A stretch of DNA of 63,182 nucleotides, counting the filler, from Rozella allomycis CSF55 (taxonomy: Eukaryota), in the NCBI GenBank assembly GCA_000442015.1. It is 15 parts of 15 records of this genome, joined end to end, with 100 filler letters (N's around TTAATTAATTAA, not from the genome) between each part and the next. Parts side by side here need not be neighbours in the genome. Positions count along the whole stretch, not along the records: positions 33,459 to 38,949 come from KE560746.1; positions 39,050 to 40,376 come from KE560748.1; positions 40,477 to 59,201 come from KE560749.1; 12 more parts are not named here. The stretch is one strand, 5' to 3'. Position 1 is the stretch's first letter. The number at the start of each line of letters is the position of its first letter. The notes under the pieces were generated by a model. The model worked only from the letters and a program-made list of their open reading frames with translations, did no database searches and was not told where the DNA came from. The position numbers and the translations under genes were made by a program. Below, piece by piece: positions 36,401-49,328 of the stretch.

Positions 36401-38949
36401 TGGTTTTAATTACAAAAAATAAAGAAATAAAATCATGTGAATCTATTTTGGATTGTTTAACGATAATTGATTTTAATTTAACGAGAAGAGTGTTGAGTAA
36501 TAAATTTCTAGATTTGATTGTGAATAAAATGAATCCAGAAAATCAATTGAAAAAAGAAGAAATAAATTTGAAGCAAAAAGAATTGAATTTCAAGTTGATA
36601 GAATTGGAAGATGAATTATTGAAGCAATTGTCAGAAACAAATGATCTTCTTTCAAATGAGCCACTTTTACTTTCACTTGAAGAGATTAAAATTCAGTCTT
36701 TGAATATCAAGAAAATATTGAATGAGAATTTGATTTTGCTAAAGAATCTTCAAAACCAGTTTATCCAATTTAAAGAAATTACAGACTTTGCAAGTAGATT
36801 TTATTTTGCTTGTGAGAAACTGAAATCATTCAATTCAAACTATTTTGTTTCTGTGAAGCAATTTGAGTTTGTATTGTTGGAAATTATTTCTGTTGTTGAT
36901 TCTAACTTTTTCAAAAGAGAATTTGTTAAATCTGTTTTTAGTATTCTGGCTAGGTTTGTTGTTGAAAGAGATCAATTAGCTGTGTATTTGTTTATTGTTA
37001 AAGAAATGTATGAGCAGGTTGTTAATCAAGATGAATGGGATTATCTCAAAGGTAAGCGAGTTGGAAATGTTTTGTGAAAGGGAATGTAAAGAAAAGTAAA
37101 TCTTATGGCACTGCTGATGGTAATTCAAATGGTAAAGTGAGTAATTCAACTATTACTTTATCAAATTCATTCTTTGAAAAGTATAAAGTAGAATTGAATT
37201 CATTGGCTAATTGTAAATTCTATTCAAAATTAAACTTTAATGATCCACTAAAATGGATTGAATGGTTAAAATCTTCAAATCTAATCTCAAACTTTCCATT
37301 TCCAAATTTAACGTAAATCACATTATAAAACCTTAAGAGATATTTCCAGAAACTACTTTTAATTAAAATATTCAAACCAGAATTATTCACAAATTATTTA
37401 AAGTCATTTATTTTGAATCTTGTTGGATTAAATAGTCTTCCTTGCTTTGATCTCAACTTGAATTCTATTTATAAAAATGGCTTGCCCATTCTTTGTTTTA
37501 CTTTTCCTGGTTCTGATCCATTTTCTCACATTAATTCTATTCCTAATCCAAATCCACCAATTATAGTAACGTTTCATTTTTGTTTTAATCTAGGTACCTC
37601 ATCTATTTTTTTACTAATCTAGGTACCTCATTTAGTAAATTTCTGATCTAGATCTCGCCAAAAATTTCTAAAAATAATCTATTCAAGATTCTTACAAAAG
37701 CAGTGAATGACAATAGTATTGTTTTGATTGAAAATATTCAATTTGTTGAATTCCAAGATGAAATAGTTTCATTCCATCAAAACAATCCATTATTAACTTT
37801 ATTCATGANATCTGGTTTCTGATTATTGCATTAAAGTTTCCTTTGAATCTACTTTTAACATTAAATTAAATTGTAAAAGATTACTCAATGGTAATTCACT
37901 TTAAACTATTCCAATAGATTACATTGATGCTAAAGAGTTGAATTTGAATAGATGTTTCAAAGTTGCATGGCTTCATTCTATTTTAATAGCTAGAAAATCA
38001 ATTATTCCAATTGGCTTCCTCAAAGATTATGAATTCAGCGATACAGACTTTAAAATAGCCATCAAAATAGCGTCAACTACAAATGAAACCAGTTTATTCA
38101 AAAGTTTACTAATATCGTCTGCTTATGGTCCTAAAATTGATAATAAAATAGATCTTGAAAAATTAGTTATTCTAGTCAACAGTATCTTCAATGCTAAAGA
38201 TTTCAAACTGGATGGGCTAAAAGCTTCGTCTGATGTGAATGTTTCAAGTATTACAGGTATTCTGCAGTGGTTGGATAATGCTGCAGTTGATGACTTTGAA
38301 GCAATGTGTTTGCCAGCGAATACACTTGTCATGAAATCTCTGTTGGATTTAGACTACACTTTGAAACTTTTGCGATCAGTAAATGAATTTAAATGTTTTG
38401 TTTCTGATTAGTTTTAAATCTGTGGTTGGTAGTAGCGATGGGTTGAAGAGTCAATGGCTGGAAATCAAGAGTCAGTTGGCCAAGTTTAGAAATAATGAGA
38501 CGAGAAGAAGCAGTGAAGGAGATGAAGCCTTTGTGGTAGAGTTTTGTGAATTGGAGTGCCAGTTTGGATGGGATTTGGTCGAGTTTGTTGACAAGCAGAT
38601 GGAGAATTTGCATTCTTTGCATGATGAAACTCCTGACAGGTAACACACAGTAACATAAATTAATTCTTAGGTAAATATAGCCCAATGAATTAAGGTAGCT
38701 GGCTATTATTCTGGGAAGGTCCATCGTCAATCTCTGACTACTTTAACAGCATCTACCAGAACATTTCGCATCAATACACTCTCCCAACCACCTCAAAGGA
38801 TCCAGTCACCTTGGAATTCATGTTTAATCCAGANAATTCATGTTCAATCCAGATTCATTCATCGCTGCAGCCTCACTCCTCACCTCCATCGACTCGCCAG
38901 TCGCATGTCTCTCATTCCAACCAACGCCAAACGCTATTCACATATCATC
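33459..38949 (+). CDS. DYNC2H1: Cytoplasmic dynein-2 (retrograde IFT) heavy chain, AAA3 to C-terminal region, highly divergent
   Basis: [10 protein letters not shown]; stalk/[99 protein letters not shown]. Confidence 0.92.
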
Positions 38950-39049
38950 NNNNNNNNNNNNNNNNNNNNNNNNNNNNNNNNNNNNNNNNNNNNTTAATTA
39001 ATTAANNNNNNNNNNNNNNNNNNNNNNNNNNNNNNNNNNNNNNNNNNNN

Positions 39050-40376
39050 TTTTGTTTTCGTGTCTTCCAACTCACCAAATTTCCATCAAAAAATATTAAA
39101 TATCCTGTTGTACTTTTTCCTGTATCTTTATCCGTTGCCCAATCTGCATTTCTGAACCCTTCTACCTGTATCCTTCCTTTTTTCACACTTGATACGCCAT
39201 CGTCACACTTGTATGTGAGAAAGAAATCTTTCGTTTCCTTTAAGTATCTCATAATTCGTTTGACTAATTTCCAATGCTGTTCCCCTGGATTTTCCACGAA
39301 TCTACTTGCCATTGTCACGGCGCTACTAATGTCGGGTCGTGGCATTGCTTGAATCCATTGAAGGTTCCCTATCGCCTCCCGACGCCATGTTCACCGCGCT
39401 ACTAATGTCGGGTCGCGTCATTGCTTGAATCCATTGAAGGTTCCCTATCGCCTCCCGATATGGTATCTCAATTTCTCAGCTTCACTTTGTGGGCTTTGTG
39501 ATGTGCTGTAGTCGGCCCCTCTTTCCATTGGTGTGGATATTCCTGCGCATTCTTCCAATCCAAATTTTTTNCGGTATTTCCTTCATTCTCAATTTCGCAG
39601 CTTCACTTTGTGGGCTCTGTGATGTGCTGTAGTCGGCCCCACTTTCCATTGGTGTGGATATTCCTGCNTTCAATTTCTCTGCTTCACTTGGTGGGCTTTG
39701 TGATGTACTGTTCTTCTAATCCAAACTTTTTCAAAGTATCTTCATAAAATGTTTCTTGTGACAGTCTTATCTCTTTCTTTTCCGCATCTTGTTCAATGTT
39801 ACTTCCTAAGCACCAATTCAATTTCCCCAAGTCCTTTATCTTGTATTGAGCGTTCAGGTATGTTTTCGTCTCACTCAGCATTTCTTCGCAGTTCGTTGCT
39901 ANCAATGATTTCTTCAGTTTGCACACCTTCGTTTCAGATCCTTTTTCGGCGAAGCCATTTGGTTGTTCCATGTAAATCGTCTCACTAATCTTACCGTTGA
40001 GATACGCAGNTCGTAGAGCGCCAATATAATTGTCTTATTCTTTTGTTTCTTGGTGTATACGCAGTAGTCGGACTGGCATCTCTTGAATCCCGCCCTTTTC
40101 TAATCCTTGTCATTGCGCATGTTCCATTGTCGTCTAGCTTGTTTCAATCCATACAATAATTTTTTCAGTGTGCATACTTTCGTTTCAGATCCTTTTTCGG
40201 CGAAGCCCTCTGGTTGTTCCATGTAATCGTCTCACTAATCTTACCGCTGAGATACGCAGTTTCGACTTTTAATTGGTGTAGTTTATAGTGTCCTGACGCG
40301 GACAGTGCAATAATTGCTTTCACTGAAGTATGTTTCGCCACTGGTGCATATGTTTCGAAGTAATCTCTCCCTTTCA
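39050..40376 (-). mobile_element. Ty1/copia LTR retrotransposon RT and RNase H fragments, collapsed and degenerate
   Basis: TYAPVAKHTS; AYLNGKISETIYMEQPNGF...VCKLKKSL; IKDLGKLNWCLG; RPDISSAV; ADWATDKDTGKSTTGY...VSWKTRKQ. Confidence 0.92.
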
Positions 40377-40476
40377 NNNNNNNNNNNNNNNNNNNNNNNN
40401 NNNNNNNNNNNNNNNNNNNNTTAATTAATTAANNNNNNNNNNNNNNNNNNNNNNNNNNNNNNNNNNNNNNNNNNNN

Positions 40477-40695
40477 GGAACATGTTGAAAATCGAAGATA
40501 ATCTTTAAGAGGTAAAGATTTACCCACTCTCAAAAGTAAATCAGCGGGAAGTTTCTCGATTAACGCAGGACTTTTTGTTTCAGTGTCTACCACAAGCTGA
40601 TTTTTTGCTTCTGGAACCAAAGAAGGATCTTGGTTTGTCATTGGAACGGCCAAAACAATCGTAAGTAATAGAATTGTGCTAAGAAATATCTTCAT
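40477..40695 (-). CDS. Signal peptide plus F-box protein (3' part in gap)
   Basis: MKIFLSTILLLTIVLA|VP signal, then LIEKLPADLLLRVGKSLPLKDYLRFSTCS. Confidence 0.7.
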
Positions 40696-40944
40696 CTCAA
40701 ATTAAAAACCTTTTATGCCAGGGTTAATACTCATGTTTTTTTCTTGACCCTTGTCTTCTCGTGACGTACAAGAATGAAAATTACAGAATAGGAAAAATAC
40801 GAATTTTTTTGGTAGTGGCCATTTGTATTAATTTCTATATAAACATGTAAAAAACCGATCACGTCTATTTTCTTAGAAAATTTTTACAACTTAACGAACG
40901 TAAACGTCAAAATCAATTCAATTAAAGGTTTAAATGAAGTTTAT

Positions 40945-43900
40945 TTAAAAAGCAAATGAATCATTTCTGAAAATATCCAAGAGGGCATCTTCCAAGGAAT
41001 GTCTTCCGATAGCAAAGTCCAGAATAATACCCTTTGATTTCAACGAGAGCATTTTTTCGATAACTTGACTGATAGGCATTGAAAATGATAATGAAAATGT
41101 TAAACACTTGTTGACGGACTGCTGAATGGAGTAAGTTGCTGATCTATCGCCTTGAAGAATAGTATCCATCACTTCAGAAACAATGTTATGAGCAGCATCA
41201 ACAAAGGTGATGTTTGCCTTGTAGCCATTTGCAATCTTTTGAAACAATTCGTGCTCTGTTCCGATAGCAGATAACTTTCCTTGATTAACAACGGCAATGC
41301 GATCGCAGCTTGAAGTTTCATTGAGATAGTGGGTGGTCATAATTGTAGTTCTATTTTTATTCAACTCGCGAACAGTGCACCACATTTTGTGTCTAGCCAA
41401 AGGATCCAAACCAGTTGACGATTCGTCAAGAACAACTAGATCTCTGTTCAACATGATTGCAATCAAAGTGCTGACTTTACGTTTTGTACCACCACTTAAC
41501 GATCCACATTTATAGTTTGCAAAAGATGAAAGACCCATCGCTTGTAATAAATCTTTTATATATTCATCAGCAACTTTAGAACTTTGTCCATTTAATAAGA
41601 GAAATATTTTGAGATGATTGTGAACAGTCATTGAAGGAACTAGAAGATTATCAAATTGAGGACAAACACCCATTTGACGAATAGCATTGAGCCTGTTTGC
41701 ATGNCGAATAGCGTTGAGCCTGTTTGCATGAACATCTAACTCTTTTAAATGAACAGAGCCAGATGTAGGTGTCATTTGACTAGTAAGCATATTCAAAGTT
41801 GTTGTTTTCCCACATCCATTGGGGCCTAATAGAGCTAATAATTCATTATTTTTGACGTCCAAAGAGAGATTGTTAACAGCAATTTTCTTTTTAAATACTT
41901 TGGTAAGATTTGATAAGCTAACTGAAACTTTGGGATCAGATGAAGTCGACGGCGCAGCACTTCTAAACATGTGTTTCAATTCATTTATAGCGGCCATTAA
42001 AAGAAAGATCAAACTCCAAACTAAACATGAAATGATTTTAGTATCGTAATCAAAGAAGGGTGTAAGTTCAGCCGTAGACCAAAAGGGTAAGTAAGTATAG
42101 ACTATAGTGTTCAAGAGTTTAATAGTTTCAATATCAAGGCTTGAGGAAAGTAATGCCAATGTAGCAAAGAAGATGATGAGACCATAATTAACGATAGTGC
42201 TTAAAAAGGAAACGGTACTTGGCCTGAAAGAAGAAGATGCCAGAATAAAGCAAAAATAGAAAAAGAAGTATGAAAAGTAGAATGATCCGTGTCCATCATA
42301 AGGCCCAAAATATAAAGGAATATAGATTGGAAGTGTTTGAATTAAACAAATAAAAAGTTTTGAAATCCAAATTGATCCCAGAGGAACCCCACAAGAGAGC
42401 ATTAAATAGTCAAACATTTGGGAATTTTCAGAGAGTTTTGAAGACACGTTCGAATACAATTGACTCATTAAAATGACCAATAAAAATGGGACGATTCCTC
42501 TAGCGATTAAATTTAGCACCATTGATGTATTTCCCTTGATGTATTCAATAAAATTGACTGTTGGAGGATTCTCATATTCCATTTGAGAAAATTTGTGAAG
42601 AAAATATAAAGGAGCGGCATCATAACCATTAAATGTATTCAAGACAATATGATCATCATCAACATTTTCAATCCAACCTAAATTCAATTCATTTTCAACG
42701 TTTTCTTCAAAGTGATTAAATTTTAATAACTTTTCATCGTTTGTTTTGTAAGAAAATCCATCAATTAAGAGATTATCAAAAAGTTGATCAGAAAGTGTGA
42801 CATTTGAATTTATAGAAACTTTGCTACTTGATTCAGAAATTTTTGTTAAATCGATTGGTTTCATGTGTTTACTAAGATTCATTATAGCAAGCAATAAAAG
42901 AATTGAAGGGATCATTGAAAATAAATAATTTGAGAATTGGGAAGAAAACTTTAAAAGTTCAAATTTAGAATAGAGAAGAGTTTTTTTGATAAAAAACAAT
43001 TTCTCAAATTTCGGAATCACAATTTTAGAAATTTCAGAATTTTGCTCATTTTGTTTTTTCTCGTTTCCAACTTTATCGAATATTTTATCGAGTCCATTTT
43101 CTTTCAAAATGAAACTTTTAATCATTGATTGAATTCCTTTGTCATTTTCAAATTCTTTAATTAATTCAAGGACATTTGAAGGAAACGAAAATTCAGAAAA
43201 GTTTCCAGAAATTTTGACTTGAAACCCTTTGCAATTTCTATCTTCAAACCAACTAAGAAACAAATCTTGATTAAAGTTTTCATACTTCTCCACAGATAAA
43301 TTGTATCCAGTGCTGAAAATAGTCTTAATAAACTTTGAAGTTCCAACGCAGGTGATTTGACCACAAGTCATCATGGCTTTCCTGTCAGCTAACAGATCAG
43401 CTTCATCCATGAAATGAGTACACATTAAAATTGCCTTGTTGTTTTTATTTCTTTGAATGAAATTCCAAATAACTCTTCTGTTGTCAGCATCAACTCCACT
43501 CGACATTTCATCTAAAACAACCAATTCAGGGTTTCCAACAAAGGCGATTGCGATTGAAACTTTTCTCTTTTGACCGCCAGAGAGACCTTTAACTTTTTGA
43601 TCAATAATTTCNCACCAATTCAGGATTTCCAACAAAGGCGATTGCGACTGAAACCTTTCTCTTTTGACCGCCAGAGAGACCTTTAACTTTTTGATCAATA
43701 ATTTCATTCATTCTCAATTCATGAACACTCTTTTGAATTGATTCTAAAACTAATCTTCTTTCCAATCCTTTCATTTCTGCATAAAACTCTAAATGATCAC
43801 GAACAGTCAATTCATCATAAAGAATATCATATTGTGCACAAATTCCAATCTTTTCTGAAATTTCGCTTCTTCTTTTTGAGTCTTTCCCAAAGATTGAAAT

Positions 43901-45361
43901 GCTTCCTTGAGTCGCATGGATCGTTCCAGTTAAAATGTTAATCAAAGTGCTTTTGCCTGCACCATTAAATCCGATCAACCCAAAAACTTCATTCTTTGCA
44001 AATTCCAAATTGATGTTATTCAAAGCCTTCACGCTGCTTCCTTGGTAAACTTTACTAACATTTTTAATGCAAACTTTTTCTAAATTTGATAGACTTGAAA
44101 CAAAACTATTTTCCCGTTTAGAGTCCAAAACTTTTTCATCTTCAACAACTTTGACTTTTCTTTCAAATAGTCTTGTTATTCCATACAGAAGAGGTCTTTT
44201 ATAATCAACACTCACTTGCAACCAATCCATATAAAATGCAATGAAAATATAAAATACACCAAACAATAAATTAACAATCGCCACTTCTGCTGTAGATGGA
44301 AGATAATTCGGAACTCTAACTAACGTTAATGAAGGATCAGCAAATGGCGTTATTTCCATAATTTTATAAAAATATATCAATGAAAATCCAGGAATTGAAC
44401 AAAGTAAATACACAACTAAACTTGACATTCTCTTATAAACCATTATCGGTAACACTTGTGGACAAATCGCTATAAAAATCATCAATGTGAAAATCAAACT
44501 CCTTCTTTTGATAAACCTCAAAACCTGTGAAATCATCATAAAAAGTCCTGCATATTCAAAAGCTAACGCCAACGAACAGGTCACAACGGAAGTAACATCA
44601 GATTTAATAAATGAATACGTCGTTCCAATAGCAATTAAAGAATAGATAAGCGTAACAGTAACTGGAATAAACAACACTCCAGCAAAATACGAACTCTTCT
44701 TCATCCCAGACATTAACAATCCAAATTTCAATCCCTTTTCCAAATCTTCTTTAATCAATCTATCATAAAATTCCCAAACTGCTATAAAAAACAAGGGAGA
44801 AAACCACGTAAACACCATAAACTTTTCTTTCATGTCCATATTGAACGATTCATATTCCGATGGCATCAATTTAAAATCAATTCTCTTATTTTCCTTGCCA
44901 ATCAATGCATTTTCAATATCACTTCTCTTCTGTGCAATTTGATTCAACACTTTTGCATACTGCGAGGCCTCGGACGATACTTTGAAATTTCCGTTCAACA
45001 TTCCACCATCTCCTTTCAGCAACACATCATACGCCAACTTCTTTGCTTCTTTATCGTACGATGTAATATTAAAGACAACATCATTCGACCAAACGCTCTC
45101 CACACTTGCATCATACTTGTGCACCTGGAAAGGAGACAACAACCTGGCAATCTCTACACTATCTTCCCCGTTGTAGTCAAAGTAGAACATGCCAATACTT
45201 TGCTCATAACCTAAAGACATGCTGGGTGGTGTTCCACCCATAAATCTCGTCGCTAATATCCACAGAAACAACCCTATAACAAAGTACTTTCTCTTAAACG
45301 ACCAGTACAGGCGAGCTTGCAGCTTTACCAAACTTTTCACTTGTTGAAAAAAGGAAACCAT
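40945..45361 (-). CDS. Full-size ABCA-subfamily transporter, apparently intronless; split by an assembly duplication at ~43612
   Basis: Two TMD-NBD halves: GFNGAGKST/LSGGQKRK/VLDE and GPNGCGKTT/LSGGTKRK/VLDESSTGLDP; ABCA motif IGICAQYDILYDELTVRDHL. Confidence 0.93.
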
Positions 45362-45532
45362 CTACTGGTGGCTCAGCAGTTGTTCACCTTTTGTCATGGG
45401 TCGATCCTATTTTTAGAAAATGCTGAATCTACGTTAATTACCTGGGTTAAAAATAGAGGCACTTGAAAATTAAAATAAATATTGAATTTTATTGTTGAGA
45501 ATTTCTATTTCTTGGTTTAAGAATTTTTTGAA

Positions 45533-45953
45533 ATGGTATCGGAAACTGAAAAAGAGACACCCTACGAGCAATTATACAAATGCAGTATATACAGGCGGCG
45601 TTTCGTTAACTGTATACGCAATACTGCATGTATAAAATTCGAGGAGAGGCCCGTTCTGGATTGTCTTCATGGTACTATGGCATCTAATTTCTAATGGCAG
45701 ATGAGTACACACCGCAAGACTGTAGAAGAGCGTATGCCATGTACTTGTATTGTAAAAATTTCAGAGTAATAGATTATGAATATCGTTACAGAAAAATTAT
45801 TCAAAGTCCACACAGCAACATGCTTTTGAAAGCAGTACTTGGGAATCAGAGGTTGACAAGATCCTTTATGCCCTTGATGTTGAAAAGCAAGACATATTAA
45901 ACGCTAAGAAGGAAGAATTAAAGAATAATCGTGTTTTCAAAAATGAGAAATAA
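45533..45953 (+). CDS. Pet191/COA5-like cytochrome c oxidase assembly factor (twin Cx9C)
   Basis: Spliced: CSIYRRRFVNCIRNTACIKFEERPVLDCLHDEYTPQDCRRAYAMYLYCK; the six-Cys spacing matches Pet191. Two short introns. Confidence 0.7.
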
Positions 45954-46001
45954 CTAATCAATAAAAGAGCCAATTTTCATTTTTATTTAGAGTCTTTAAT
46001 C

Positions 46002-48198
46002 TTAGACTATTGAAGGATAGGGATGCGAAACAAAACTTCCGCGTGAAAAAGATAAAGGCACGATGCATGGAAGGTAATAGCGTGTTATTTCAGTTAAATT
46101 TCGAGCATCCAAAAGCAAAACAAAGCTGGATTTGATATGAGAATTATAAACGATTGATACTATCACACCTTCATCTTCAATCTCATGAGGAACTCCTGTT
46201 GATGTTACACCCTGAGGCTGGAACATGACTTCTGTTTTTGAAGCAGTAAATGGGGAATGTTCAAATTCCTTTGCAATAAAAATGGGCTCGCCCGGATAGG
46301 AAAAATCTATATAAATTAGAAATCACCTGATACCTTCTTTCCAGATTACTGACTTTTCATCTTCTCCTTCCAAATCAATCTTTCGAATGGCATTCCAAAT
46401 TAAACCAACTTTTCCGCGATCTTCTTTGTGCAAAGAAAGACCATATACATAGCGATGCTTTAAGCCTTGTGTAAAGGGATTAATACATCCAAGTTCCATG
46501 GGATCAGAAGAAATGAATTGAAAATGCATGGTAGGAAAAGATGATAATAATCCACCACAACTCAAGTACTTGGCGCACTCAATTGATATATCTGAAAGGA
46601 TAAATCTTCGCGTAGCAGAAAAGGGTAAAGCACCCATAGTAGCTGGATCACGGAGATTCTTTATCGTTAAATAATCAAGAATTGAATCATCTTCATATGT
46701 ATTACAATCAACAACAAGGGAATTGTTAATCGGATCTAAAGAATCATATTGAGATTTGCTTACCATGAAAAGAGTTGAGAATCGAAAAGAAGAAACAAGC
46801 TTCCGACTTATAAATTGCTGATAAACACCCTTCATTCTTGTCAATTACATAGAACAATAAATCCTGGTCACCTTGATATTCAAGAATCTCTGACAAAGTC
46901 TTATTTCCCATAGAATAGTTTGATTCAAATGGTGCATTTTTGTACACATATGGAATCAATGGTATAATTATATAATTTGAAGTTACAGAGAAAGTATAGA
47001 GAAAGGAAGGCCTCTAAAATTTATCATTTTTAGAGCGTTTACCGCTAGAAAGGAAGCCACCAGTTTCCCGCCATAACGACTTTCAGATATTTCTCTGGTC
47101 ATTTTAATTATACGGTACTTGCAAAGTTCTTTCGATTTCACATCAGAAAAGTCCATTATTATTTGATACCTTTTAGTTGAAGTCAATATAAATTACATCT
47201 CCTTTGATGACTTATCGAATACACATGTCGAACTCATGACATTTCCTTTGGTATTAGGCACAAGGCTAGGAATATCATAAACTTTTTTGGCTTCCAAAGT
47301 CATTGGATCAACCTCTTGAACAACAGAAACACCATGACCAACAATGACTAATTTTCCTTGATCTCCTCGATAGGATCCCAATGGGAATTCAGGATACACG
47401 GCACCATTTAATACAACATACTCTGGATCAATTTCTACATAGCCCGACACTTTATCTTCTTTTGTAAAAAAGGACTTCAAATTAGCAAAAATCTTTGATA
47501 TCCAACCACCTGCAGGTAAAGGTAATTTTGTTTTCCAAAAAGGAGCAATCAAAAAATATCTTTTCTTGTTGACCATTGCAAACCTGCTTCTTGTTCGCAT
47601 TGTTTGCTGCTCCCTTCTTTGTATATCTCCAAATGAAGCCTTAAAATCATCATACAACCTTTTGTTGATAAGGCGGGATTGAAAATTAATATTTCCATCT
47701 TTTCGAAACTATTTAATTTTTCAAATATTTAAATACTTCAATTTTCAACAAAATAGGTAATGCATCGAATAAGTGTCCGACAGGAATAGTATCCTCCCTT
47801 AAGGTTCCATGCGATAACACCTTGCGAAAAGTATTTGTAAAGGGGATATCAAATACACCGGGATGCAAATGAAATAGAATACCTTATTCCTTTAACTAAT
47901 CATCGTTACCATTTAGCCATGAAAGAGGCCAATTTTCTTTTCTTTCTTCGCTAAAGTTGTTTTCAGGGGGTATTACAATCCTTTGGGTAAAGTCTTCAAT
48001 TGTCTGCAATGCTCCAACATGATTTTCCTCTTTAACATTCCAGCCAATATCTTTTGGTGAAAACTTTTTTGTTCGCACAGTGGAAGGAGGCGTCTCCATT
48101 GTTTTTACTTTGATACCTTTCTCTGGTGTTGTTTGCCGCGTAACAACTGACGATGAAGTTTGTTCCTCTGTTACCAAAATTGTTTCACTATTGTTCAT
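46002..48198 (-). CDS. Carotenoid cleavage oxygenase / RPE65-family homolog lacking its iron ligands
   Basis: GHLFDALP; EVDPMTLE; ELGCINP...HRYVYG; PGEPIFI; EDEGVIVSIVY...SFVLLLDARNLTEITR. Confidence 0.85.
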
Positions 48199-48271
48199 CA
48201 AACCTAAATTAAGCTTTAACAAATTAGCATCTCTTTCTTTTTTATTTAAACTTTACCATACCAAAAATTTC

Positions 48272-49290
48272 ATGAACAGTGGTCAGGTGAATTTTCTTTT
48301 TGAAACTGTGCAAATACTAAAGCACCTCTCTTACTCAGATGGAAAGATAACTTTTTCGACAGCTGATATAGCATACGATCTTATTAAACTAGAAGATTAC
48401 TCTCGAGAAAATTTGTACTGCCTGTGCTGTCCTTTCAATGTCAAACAAGGCGAGTTTGAAAAGTTGGGAAATCATCTGGGTGTTTGTCTATTTCAGGCTA
48501 ATATTTTGACCTTGAAAATATATGACTTGCATGATTTTCTTACGAATAGGCATTCTATCGCCAAAAGTAAGTTCATTAAAGAAAAAATACAAGGCATACT
48601 TACATATTTAAGAAAAATAGGTATATTAAAGCATCTACAAGATGTCTACTCAACTGTTCACAATAATTATCATGCCAATAAGATATATCTTGATCGTCCT
48701 ACACACACAATAGTTAAAGAGAGTCAAATTGACTCTAAACTACCAAATTTAGATAACGAGCACATTGATAGAATAATTAAAGTATTCATTTTTCTCAACT
48801 ATTTGAACTATGATCAGACATTTGAAAGCTTCAAACATACACGATATGAAATTGTTTTGCCAAACAATTTCAATTCTTACGACAATGAAAAAATTAGCAA
48901 GGAGCACATGTATCAATTAAATTTACTTTTTAATTAAGGGGCGAACTTTATCGGCTATTTTCGCATTATTTGATTGATAGCAAACAAAACACGAGTGATC
49001 ATTTGAATTATTTACAATATCAGCCAACGAAATGCTTATTTTGCAACTTTAATGCGCCAAATCTCATTTCACTTGGATTACATACGGTATTTTGTATTGC
49101 AAGTTGGCCAGAGCCAGAAAAGTTCATGTCATTCATTTCTTTCAGTGGATCCAATTTCAAAACCACAATAAAAGGAATCTTGCTGTGTAAAAGTTTATTG
49201 TAAATAATAACAGATGGAAGCAAAGTTCTTTCTTGCTATGGACTCAAAACAAACGTCTTTGGGAAATTTGAATCAGCCATAAAGAATCCT
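48272..49290 (+). CDS. Hypothetical protein
   Basis: Long open exon plus further short exons; contains CxxC...H...C (CLFC...LGLHTVFC). End approximate. Confidence 0.5.
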
Positions 49291-49328
49291 TCTAAACAAT
49301 TTATTAATACAAATAGTAAAATAAAAGT

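Noticed and set aside
43601..43707. Frameshift splitting the ABCA gene into two genes
   Set aside because: Caused by a duplicated ~85 bp at an N join.
45572..45635. Long imperfect hairpin (ATGCAGTAT/ATACTGCAT)
   Set aside because: Lies within the Pet191-like coding exon; no independent support for an RNA role.
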